64,000 bases of DNA from Pristiophorus japonicus. Lineage: Eukaryota. Positions 1 through 11,300 of the stretch are shown here, piece after piece. Position numbers and translations under genes: made by a program. The DNA lies in NCBI RefSeq assembly GCF_044704955.1, contig NC_091978.1, forward strand, positions 208,382,001 through 208,446,000, given 5' to 3'. Numbering within the stretch: the stretch's first letter is position 1; each line of letters begins with the position of its first letter. The notes beneath the pieces are model-generated. The model worked only from the letters and a program-made list of their open reading frames with translations. It searched no databases and was not told where the DNA came from.

Positions 1-727
1 CGGTTTTAAGTAAGATTGTCAAAAAAGGATGTCTTAAGCAATGTACATATCATGACCGCAACTCTAACGCGTTGTATTAATGTCGATGACCCTGTTTTCG
101 TGCTGAACTTTGGTACGTGCCCCAAGTGGCTCACAGACACTGTCGTAGCTAAAGAGGGGAGTAGGATATTCGTGGTAAGACTCACTAATGGCCAACCTGC
201 AAGAAGCACATCGATCAAACCAAATTGAGGGTCACCGATGATACAGAACTGCTGGATGACTACAGTGACATCGACTTCCAACCACAAGCAACAGAACCAG
301 CGGTTCACCAAGAGACAGAACCCGTCGCACCGGACAGTCCGACCAGAGCCACAGCACCACAAGGCAGTGACACTCCGGTCAGGCCACCCACACCCAGTGT
401 CCAACTCAGACACTCAACCAGAGAGTGCAGACCCCCAGTCAGGCTCGACCTGTAAACCGCATCTAAGACTTGGGGGGAAGAGTTGTGATGTATTTGTAGC
501 CATACTCTGTACCATGCATTGTACCATGTTATTACATGTAATAGCCAACAGATGGGGAAAGCCCGGGAGGCACACATTACTGCACCTCGTGCTGCCTCCC
601 TATATAAAGCAGGCTCCCCCTGCAGTGCTCACTTTTGGAGTTTACATTAAACCTAAAGGTCACAAGGTGATCAGCTCCAGCATGGGCCACGTGGGATTTA
701 TTATAGTGATAAGCATATGTATCACCA
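1..727 (+). mobile_element. Gypsy (Mag-like) LTR retrotransposon A, 3' end: integrase tail, PPT and 3' LTR (484-~727)
   Basis: ORFs 16-455 (PVFVLNFG..PKWL..TVVAKEGSRIFVVRL) are homologous to the pol ends of elements B and C. The purine tract GGGGGGAAGAG precedes TGTGATG at 484. TATATAAA is at 601, ATTAAA at ~646, and the LTR ends ATCACCA at ~727. Confidence 0.85.
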
Positions 728-868
728 CCCATCCGTCCCTTCAACCACCATCTGCTCCACCTGTGACAGAGACTGTAGGTCCCGCACTGGACTCATCAGT
801 CACCTGAGAGCTTGTATTAGTGTGGAAGCAAGTCATCCTCAACTCCGAGGGACTGCCTAAGAAGAAGA
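728..868 (+). mobile_element. RTE-clade LINE 3' end
   Basis: Encodes TTICSTCDRDCRSRTGLISHLR and ends in (AAG)n; clearly homologous to the RTE 3' end at 20820-20967. Confidence 0.8.
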
Positions 869-1726
869 TTTTATTTTGTTTCCAAACAATCAAACAGATA
901 TCTTGATGAGACCACATACAAACAGTAAACAACAATGCTTTAATTTTTAAAAATCCATACATTTTGAAACTAAATCGACAATGATAACAATTTAGAACAA
1001 GACAGTGCAATTTTTTTGAGAGACAATCATTTGTCATTTGCATTCCATTTTCTCCACAGAAGCAACTACAAGTATAACATTACATTAGTCTTTTCCTAGA
1101 TTTTTGTCGTCTAATCTTGTCAATGATTTTGAAGAAGTCAAGTCCTCTCAGTACTTCGCTCTCGATGTTCATAATTGAAAGACTATGAAGTCGATCTTGT
1201 CCCATTCAGTTCCTGACCTTATCCTTTATGCGTTTTAGTTTTGAGAAGGACCGCTCACCACTGCAATTTGACACCATCATCGACAGATATATCCGAAGAG
1301 CTATTTCAATGTTAGAAAAGGTTTGGATGAGGCCGTCTGTATGGAGGAACTGGTACATTCTCAGCTCTGCTGACTTAGTTTGTTTGTCACAAATTGAGGT
1401 TTGAAGCTCTGTTGAGGATGCCACCAGGCTAGAAAATGGGATGAATTCACTTTCAATCATAGGTTCCAGATCTTTGGGATAGGAGCAGGCAAGATTTGCT
1501 GCGGCTTGCTTGATCTCGTGAGTCGAGAGAGCAGCTAGCTTGGACAGGAATCCAAACTTACAGTGGATTTCCTTGTATGCTTCAAGGCGGTGTTTCAAGG
1601 TACTTTTTTTTCCCAAAAATATACTTTATTCAATGTAAAATTTTCACAATACATTGGAAAATAGTTCAGAACCTTGCGGTCAGCAATTCCATACAATTCG
1701 TTTGGATGCTGACAGCAGTTCCATAC

Positions 1727-4700
1727 TGTTGTGTATCTGTAAAGCATGCACTCCCATGTTCCACCACCAGGGAGCGCATCCCCTGAAGTCCCAAGGGATC
1801 CCAGCATCCCTTGGAGCACTGTATATAAGCCGGCCCCTAAGGCCTGTTCCTCACTCTGGAGTGTCTTAATAAAGACTGAGGTCACTGTTACTTTGACCTC
1901 CCTGTGTGCAGTCTCATCTGTGTTAGGAACACAATAACTGGCGACGAGTATAATAATCCAATGCAAAGATACAGCAAACTGTGGGCATCCTGGAGAAGTT
2001 CTCGGAGGGTGAGGACTGGGAAGCCTATGTCGAACGGCTAGACCATTACTTTGTAGCCAACGAGCTGGACGGAGAAGGAAGCGCTGCAAAAAGGAGAGCG
2101 GTCCTCCTCACAGTCTGCAGGGCACCGATCTACAGCCTCATGAAGAATCTTCTGGCTCCGGTGAAACCCACAGATAAGTCGTATGAGGAGCTGTGTACAC
2201 TGGTTCAGGAGCATCTTAACCCGAGGGAGAGCGTGCTGATGGCGAGGTATCGGTTCTACACGTGCCAACGATCTGAAGGTCAGGAAGTGGCGAGCTACGT
2301 CGCCGAGCTAAGGCGACTTGAAGGACAATGTGAGTTTGATGGCGACCTGGAGCAAATGCTCAGAGACTTTTTTGTACTGGGCATTGGCCACGAGACCATC
2401 CTACGAAAACTTTTGACTGTAGAGACACCGACCCTCAGTAAGGCCATTGCGATAGCACAGGCGTTTGTGTCCACCAGTGAGAACGCCAAACAAATCTCTC
2501 AGCACACAAGTGCTAGCAATGTTCATAAATTAACTCGAACAGTGTTTGTGAGCAGAAATGTACAGGGCAGAAACCACGAGTCTGCAACTGCCAGCAGACC
2601 TCAGGTGACCCAGATGACTCAGAGTCCGCAACAAAGGATGAATGCAAGGTAATTCACACCTTGTTGGCGTTGTGGAGACTTCTATTCAGCCTATTCATGC
2701 TGCTTCAAAAGGGTATGTGGAACTGTGGAACAATGGGGCACCTCCAACGAGCTGCAAGCTCTGCAAAACCTGCTAACCACCACGTGGCAGAGGAAGATCA
2801 GTCCATGGTGGATCAAAACAATTTTGAGCCTCAGAAAGAGGAGGCAGATGCTGAAGTACACGGGGTGCACACATTTTTGACGAAATGTCCACCTATAATG
2901 CTAAATGTAAAATTGAATGGCTTACCCGTAGCCATGGAACTGGACACTGGCGCTAGCCAATCTATCATGAGTAAAAAGATGTTTAAGAGACTGTGGTGCA
3001 ACAAGGCACTCAGACCAGTCCTGAGCCCCATCCACACAAAACTGAGAATGTACACCAAAGAGCTTATCACTGTTCTGGGCAGCACCATGGTCAAGGTCAC
3101 CTATGAGGGCACGGTGCACAAACTGCCACTCTGGATTGTCCCAGGCAATGGCCCCATACTGCTTAGAAGAGCTGGCTGGGCAAAATCCGCTGGAACTGGG
3201 ATGACATCCGAGCGCTATCACATGTCGATGAAGCTTCATGTATCCAGGTTCTTAACAAATTTCCTTCCCTCTTTGAGCCAGGCATTGCAAACTTTTTCGG
3301 GGCAAAGGTGCGGATCCACTTGGTCCCAGAGGCACGACCCATTCACCACAAGGCGCGAGCGGTACCTCACATGATGAGGGAGAGAGTGGAAATCGAGCTG
3401 GACAGGCTGCAACGCGAGGGCATCATCTCCCCAGTGGAATTCAGCGAGTGGGCCAGCCCGATTGTTCCAGTACTCAAAAGTGATGGCACAGTCAGGATTT
3501 GCGGCGATTATAAAGTAGCTATTAATCGTTTCTCGCTACAGGACCAATACCCGCTACCTAAGGCAGGCGACCTATTTGCGACGCTGGCAGGAGGCAAGAC
3601 GTTCACCAAGCTCGACCTGACTTCGGCCTACATGACGCAGGAGCTGGAAGAGTCTTTGAAGGTCCTCACCTGCATCAACATGCACAAGGGACTGTTCATC
3701 TACAACAGATGCCCGTTTGGAATTCGGTCGGTTGCAGCGATCTTCCAGAGAAACATGGAGAGCCTACTCAAGTCAGTACCATGCACGGGACAACATATTG
3801 GTCACGGGTCGGGACACCGTCGAGTACCTACAAAACCTGGAGGAGGTCCTCCAGTGACTGGATCGTGTAGGGCTGCAGCTGAAGAGGCCGAAATGCGTCT
3901 TCATGGCAACAGAAGTGGAGTTTTTGGGGAGAAAGTTCGCGGCAGATGGCATTCGGCCCACAGACGCCAAGACAGAGGCTATCAGGAACGCACCCAGGCC
4001 ACAGAACGTCACGGTCGTTCCTGGGGCTCCTCAACTATTTTGGTAACTTCCTACCAGGGTTAAGCACCCTCTTAGAGCCCCTACATGTGTAAAGGTGAGA
4101 ACTGGGTATGGGGAAAAAACCAAGTAATTGCTTTTGAGAAAGCCAGAAACATTTTATACTCCAACAAGCTGCGTGTATTGTATAACCCATGGAAAAGACT
4201 TGTGCTAGCATGTGATGCATCGTCGTACGGAGTCGGGTGTGTATTACAACTAGCTAACATTGCGGGGAAGTTGCAACCTGTCGCCTATGCCTCCAGGAGC
4301 TTGTCTAAGGCCGAGAGGGCCGACAGCATGATTGAGAAAGAGGCATTAGCGTGTGTGTTCGGGGTAAAGAAAATGCATCAGTACCTGTTTGGCCTCAAAT
4401 TTGAGCTGGAAACCGATCACAAGCCCCTCATATCCCTGTTCGCTGAAAACAAGGGATAAATACTAATGCCTCAGCCTGCATACAAAGGTGGGCACTCGCG
4501 CTATCAGCGTATAACTATACCATCTGTCACAGGTCAGGCACCGAGAACTGTGCAGATGCTCTCAGTCAACTACCATTTCCCACCACGGGGTTGGAAATGA
4601 CGCAGCCTGCAAACTTGTTGATGGTGGCGCAGCCCGCAGACTTGTTGATGGTCATGGAAGCGTTTGAGAATGATAAATCACCTGTTACGGCCCGCCAGAT

Positions 4701-6281
4701 TAGGACTTGGACCAGCCAAGATCATCTGCTGTCCCTAGTAAAAAACTGTGTACTGCATGGGAGCTGGGCCAGCATCCCCGTTGAAATGCAAGAGCTAATC
4801 AAGCCGTTCCAGTGGTAAAAGGATGAGCTGTCCATTCAGGCAGATTGCCTGTTGTGGGGTAACCATGTCGTGCTACCCAAAAAGGGCAGGGAGACGTTCA
4901 TCTCGGATCTCCACAGCACACACCCGAGTATAGTAATGATGAAAGTGATAGTCAGATCCCACGTGTGGTGGCCTGGTATCGACTCTGACTTAGAGTCCTG
5001 TGTACGGCAATGCAACGTGTGTGCTCAGTTGAGCAACGCGCCCAGAGAAGCACCACTAAGTTTGTGGTCCTAGCCCTTCAGACCATGGTCGAGGATCCAT
5101 GTCGACTATGCAGGCCCGTTTCTTGGTAAAATGTTCCTGGTGGTGGTGGATGCTTTTTCAAAATGGATTGAATGTGAAATAATGTCGGGAAGCACCACCA
5201 CTGCCACCATTGAAAGCCTGAGGGCCATGTTTGGCACTCACGGCCTGCCTGACATACTGGTCAGTGACAACGGGCCATGTTTCACCAGTGCCGAATTTAA
5301 AGAATTCATGACCCGCAATGAGATAAAACATGTCACCTCAGCCCGTTTAAACCAGCCTCCAATGGGCAGGCAGAGCGGGCAGTATAAACAATCAAACAGA
5401 GCCTTAAGCGAGTCACAGAAGGCTCACTCCAAACCCGCCTGTCCCGAGTACTGCTCAGCTACCGCACGAGACCCCACTCGCTCACAGGGGTGCCTCCGGC
5501 TGGGCTACTCTTGAAAAGGACACTTAAAACCAGCCTCTCGCTGGTTCACCCCAACCTGCATGATCAGGTAGAGAGCAGACGGCAGCAACAAAATGTAAAT
5601 GATGGTCGTGCCACTGTGTCACGGGAAATTGATTTGAATGACCCTGTGTATGTGCTAAACTATGGACACGGTCCTAAATGGATCGCGGGCACGGTGAGCT
5701 AAAGAAGGGAGTAGGGTGTTTGTAGTCAAACTAGACAATGGACAAATTTGCAGAAAGCACCTGGACCAAACGAGGCTGCGGTTCACAGACTGCCCTGAAC
5801 AACCCACAGCAGACACCACCTTTTTCGAGCCCACAACACACACCCAAAGGATCAATGATACCACCCCGGACCAGGAAATCGAACCCATCACGCCCAACAG
5901 CCCAGCTAGGCCAGGCTCACCCAGCAGTCCTGCAGGGCCAACAATACGCCAGCCCAGCGAGGGCACAACCAACACACCAGAACAGACATTTGTACTGAGG
6001 CAGTCCACCAAGGAAAGAAAGGCTCCCGACCGCCTCACCTTGTTTTCACTTTGACTTTGCGGAGGAGTGATGTTGTGTATCTGTAAAGTATGCACTCCCA
6101 TGTTCCGCCACCAGGGAGTACATCCCCTGAAGTCCCAAGGGATCCCAGCATCCCTTGGGAGCACTGTATATAAGCCGGCCCCTAAGGCCTGTTACTCACT
6201 CTGGAGTGTCTTAATAAAGACTGAGGTCACTGTTACTTTAACCTCCCTGTGTGCAGTCTCATCTGTGTTCGGAACACAATA
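1727..6281 (+). mobile_element. Full-length decayed Gypsy (Mag-clade-like) LTR retrotransposon B; LTRs 1727-1936 and 6071-6281; TSD CATAC
   Basis: The ~210-bp LTRs differ by ~7 substitutions and 1 indel. 5-bp TSD at 1722-1726 and 6282-6286. PBS TGGCGACGAG at 1939. Domains in order: gag, protease LDTGAS, RT (WASPIVPV, LDLTSAY), RNase H (CDASSYG, TDHKPL), integrase (HPS..C..C, SDNG). Several frameshifts and stops. Confidence 0.96.
1939..1948 (+). promoter_or_regulatory. Primer-binding site complementary to the tRNA-Ser(GCT) 3' end
   Basis: TGGCGACGAG lies 2 nt after the 5' LTR. Variants occur at 8531 (TGGCAACGAG) and on the minus strand at 37813 (TGGCGATGAG). Confidence 0.8.
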
Positions 6282-8316
6282 CATACAATGCACTAGTGTG
6301 CATTTCATTTCAAGGTACAGTTCAGTACAATCCGTAAATCACGTTACATGTAGTACTGTGCAAATAAGGGTATTACATGGAGCAGATGAGAACAGGTTTA
6401 CATTACATTCCAGGATACATTTCAATACCGATCACGAATCACGTTACACGTAGCACTATGCAGATGAAAGCAGGACACGGAACGGATGGGAATATATTTA
6501 CATTTCTTTACATGTTACTAAACAGTGCAGAGACTTTCATTATACATGGCACAACACAGGTGTTTTTCAGTACATGGTGCTCTATATATACAAGCAGATT
6601 AATAAGTACAGTCTGATTCCATCCCCTGGGTTTACCGTGGCGGAAGGGCCTTAAACTGTGGCTCTTCCCCATCATGCCTTTGCGGCGATTACACCAATCT
6701 TTAGTGCGTCCCTCAGCATGTACTCCTGGACCTTGGATTGCGTCAGTCTGCAACACTCGTCTGTGGACATCTCCTTGCTCTGGAAGACCAGCAAGTTTCG
6801 GGAAGACCAAAGTGCGTCTTTCACTGAGTTGATGGCTCTCTAGCAGCAGATGATGTCTGTCTCAGTGTGCGCCCTGGGAACAGGCTGCAGAGCACGGAGT
6901 CCTGTGTTACAGAGCTACTTGGGATGAACCTCGACACCACCACTGCATCTCCTTCCAGACCTGCCTTGCAAAGGGGCAATCCCGAAGGAGATGGATGACA
7001 GTCTCGTCCACATCACAGCCGACTCGGGGGCAGAGTGCCTGATTAGTTGATCAATGATGACAAGGAACACCTCAGTTTTGAATTTCTCCTTGGGTGACAG
7101 CACAGTGTTTTCAGCATTTCCATCGTCATAGTGGCGGTTGGGTACCCGGACGTGCCTCTGAGCTGAATTGTACTCGTTGTGGCCCCAGTTTAATCCCTAG
7201 GTCTTCAAGTCCTCAAACTTTGTCCGCTGGGTCTTGACAAAATCAATAGCGGACTCGAGTAGGCATGATATTCAGATTCAAGCCGGTCTCTTGAAGTGAG
7301 AGATTGGTCAGGTGAAAGCACTTCAAGACTGTTCCAAATAACGATGAGAATAGCTGAATCCAGTTCGCCCAGTTTGTCAAGGATCAATTGAGCTTCATTT
7401 CAGCATTCAACTTTCTGTTCCACGTCAGTTGCCAGGGACTACAATACATCGTATATGGGAGTGTAACCTTTGAGCAGGGCTGACACTGCTTCTTACCTTG
7501 CTGATCATCGAGTAGCAGAAAGCTGTTTGACAACAGACAGCCCAAAAGGCTTTAATTTTTCATAAAGCAGTCACCAACGATACGTGGATGCAGAGAGAAA
7601 AGTGTACAACTTCTGTACAATGTCAAAAAATCTGATGATCACTGGGCTGCATTTGGCACTGTTTTTCCCCACAAGGTTGACTGAGTGCGCAGCGCATGGT
7701 ATAAACATTGCAATATGGGCATTGCTCTTTGATGATAGTTTGGACACCAATGTATTTTCCACTCATATTTGAAGCTTTATCATAACATTGTCTGTGACAA
7801 TTTTATATGTTGAACCTGTTTTCATCCAGAAAGGCCAATATTATTTCTGCTATCACTAGTATGACCGATTATCATCAAGAACTTTAGGAACCTTTCCTCG
7901 GTAGAACATAGTGGACGACAAATGTCAGCTGATCTGAGTGTGACATCTCGCATTAAATCAACAGATATTGAATAGAACTTCGCTGATTTCAATTCCTAGA
8001 TAATCGTTTCAAGTACTTTGCCACCCATCAGACTAATCAGTTCTTCACAAGTGGTGGAAGACAAGTATGAAGTATGCCCCTTGCCTTTGTTGGCGAATCG
8101 CTTGATGGGTTCAGCAAGAAATGCGTCGTAGTTTGTGAGAACCGCCAACACACCCAGATAATTACCATTATCTTGGAGACCCAATGATTTTGTCTCTGCC
8201 TCGCAATGAAAGACCTCATTCACAGAGAAACGTTATCACACAGGCAGCTCGCTCTAGAACCTTGCACCAGTACTGCCGTTCATTTTCAAACTGGAAGACA
8301 ATATGACCATCCACAC

Positions 8317-11300
8317 TGTTATATATATGGACTTGTATTTGCTCTGTACAGCCACCAGAGGGCTCATCCCCTGGAGTCCCAAGGGATCCCATAATCCCTT
8401 GGGAGCACAGGTATTTAACGAGGCTTCACAGGTTGGAGAGGCACTCTGGAGACTTGCAATAAAAGACTATGGTCACACTTTACTTTGAGCTCATAGTGTT
8501 CAGTCTGACTCTTTCGCCATACACAACAACTGGCAACGAGATACAGATAGCGAACCCAAAGATGCAGAGAACAGTGGGCATCCTGGAGAAATTCTCAGAG
8601 GGAGATGATTGGGAAACTTTTGTGGAGCGACTCGACCAATACTTTGTGGCCAACGAGTTGGATCGGGAAGAGAGTGTTGCCAAACGAAGGGCGATCTCCT
8701 CACCGTCTATGGGGCACCAATGTATGGCCTCATGAAGAATCTGCTCACTCCAGCGAAACCCACGGAGAAATCGTACGACGATTTGTGCACACTGGTCCGA
8801 GAGCATTTGAACCCAAAGGAAAATGTTCTGATGGCGAAGTACCGGTTCTACACCCACAAAAGGCCAGGAAGTGGCGAGTTATGTCACCGAGCTAAGACGC
8901 CTTGCAGGACATTGCGAATTTGATGGACATTTGGAGCACATGCTCAGAGACTTTTTCATACTTGACATTGGCCATAAAGCCATACTTCGCAAACTTTTGA
9001 CTGTAGAGATCCCAACCTTGAGTAAGGCCATAGCGATAGCCCAGGCGTTCATTGCCATCAGTGACAATACGAAGGAAATCTCTCAGCACACAAGTGCTGC
9101 TACAAGTACTGTGAACAAAGTGATGTTGTTTTCGAATCGTAACGTACAGGGCAGGTCACATATACCTGCAGCTACACATCCGCAGATGACTCAGAGTCCA
9201 CCATCAAGGGTGATGAATGCAAGACCATTAAAACCTTGTTGGCGCGAAGGGGGTGATCATCGTTTGCATTCATGCTGATTCAAAGAGTACGTTTGCAAGG
9301 GCTGTGGAACAATGGGACACCTTCAACAAGTGTGCAGGCGAGCTGCAAAGCCTGTTAAACCTGCAAACCATCATGTTGCAGAGGAGGACAGATCCACGGA
9401 GGATCACGACGAACCAGAGCCTCAGAGGGAGGAGGCAGAAGTACATGGGGTGCGCACATTCACCACATATTGTCCCCCGATAATGCTGAATGTTGAACTA
9501 AATGGACTCCCGGTGTCAATGGAGCTGGACACGGGCGCAAGCTAGTCCATCATGGGCAAAAAGATTTTCGAAAGGCTGTGGTGTAACAAGGCCTCAAGGC
9601 CAGTCTTAACTCCAGTTCGCACGAAACTAAGAACTTACACGAAAGAACTGATTCCTGTAATCGGCAGTACTACTGTAAAGGTCTCCTATGATGGAGCGGT
9701 GCACAAGCTACCACTCTGGGTAGTACCGGGCGATGGTCTCATGCTGCTCGGCAGGAGCTAGCTGGGAAAGATATGCTGGAACTGGGACAACGTCCGAGCG
9801 CTGTCGCCCGCTGACGACACTTCGTGTGCCCAGGTCTTAAACAAATTTCCTTCGTTGTTCGAACCAGGCATCGGGAAATTCCAAGGAGCAAAAGTGCAGA
9901 TCCACCTAATTCCGGGGGCACGACCCATCCATCACAAGGCGAGAGCAGTAGCGTACATGATGTGAGAAAGGGTAGAGATCAAGCTAGAGAGGGCATCAGT
10001 TCACTGATCGAGTTCAGCGAGCGGGCCAGTCCTATTGTCCCAGTCCTCAAGGGAGATGGCACCATCAGAATCTATGGCAATTACAAAGTAACTATGAACC
10101 GTTTCTCCCTGCAGGACCAATACCCACTACCAATGTCCGACGACCTCTTTGCAACGCTGGCGGGAGGAAAGACATTCATGAAGCTGGATCTGACTTCAGC
10201 CTATATGACGCAGGAACTGGAGGAATCATTGAAGGCCCTCACCTGCATCAACACGCACAAAGTTATTTTTGTTTATTACAGATGCCCGTTTGGAATCCGA
10301 TCAGCGGCGGCGATATTCCAGAGAAACATGGAAAGTTTACTGAAGTTGGTCCCGCACACTGTGGTCTTCCAGGATGACATCTTGGTCACAGGTCGGAACA
10401 CAGTCGAGCATCTGCAGAATCTGGAGGAGGTTCTTAGTCGGCTCAACCGCGTGGGGCTCAGGTTAAAATGCTCGAAGTGCATTTTCCTGGTGCCTGAAAT
10501 GGAATTCTTGGAAAGGAGGATTGCGGCGGACGGCATCAGGCCCACCAACGCGAAGACGGAGGCAATCGAGAATGCACCGAGGCCACAGAATGTGACGAAG
10601 CTGCGGTCGTTTCTGGGACTCTTGAACTAATTTGGTAACTTCTTACCGGGTCTCAGCACACTGCTAGAACCACTACATGTCTTACTACAAAAAGGGGACG
10701 AATGGGTTTGGGGCAAAAGCCAAGAAAATATCTTTGTAATGCTCAAGAAAATTGCTTGTGTTGTATGATCCATGTAAGCGTTTGGTACTAGCATGTGATG
10801 CATCGTCATATGGCGTCGGGTGAGTATTGCAACAAGCTAATGATATTTGGAAACTGCAACCGGTTGCTTATGGATCCAGGAGTCTGTCTAAGGCTGAGAG
10901 AGCCTACAGCATGATTGAAAAAGAAGCGTTAGCGTGCGTCCATGGGGTAAAGAAAATGCATTGTAGAATTTACCAATATCTCGCAAAGATTCCAAGTACC
11001 TTTTCCCCTGCAGAGGAGAAGAATCCCTTTCTGGGCTTTTAAAATGAGTTTAAAGGGGCAGACGAAGCCTGCGGGGGATAAAAGGGGATGCATTCATGGA
11101 GACCCCCCCCCCCCCAGTGTTTGGATTCATAGGAAAGGGAATTCAAAATTGACCTAAATTACAGAAGCTTGAGATCCCCTAAAACATCTATGATAACGAG
11201 CAAATCAATTTTAAGATTCTACAACATTTTGGCTGCGAAAAAGAGTTACCAAATACAGGAGGTGGGGCCTACCTCTGAAGCAAATTCGTGTATTAAGGAT

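Larger units (their letters stand above)
1604..7038 (-). mobile_element. Tx1/L1-clade LINE, 5'-truncated 3' end (1604-1726 plus 6287-7038), interrupted by Gypsy B
   Basis: Poly(A) appears as a T-run at 1604-1611, with minus-strand AATAAA at 1625-1630. The C-terminus reads AINSVKDALWSSRNLLVFQSKEMSTDECCRL..QEYMLRDALK, typical of Tx1 ORF2. Excision restores hAT IIDQLISTLKHRLEAY. Confidence 0.8.

Noticed and set aside
1206-1616. Domesticated ZMYM/ZBED-like host gene
   Set aside because: The transposase has stops, frameshifts and multi-kb insertions, consistent with a dead hAT element.
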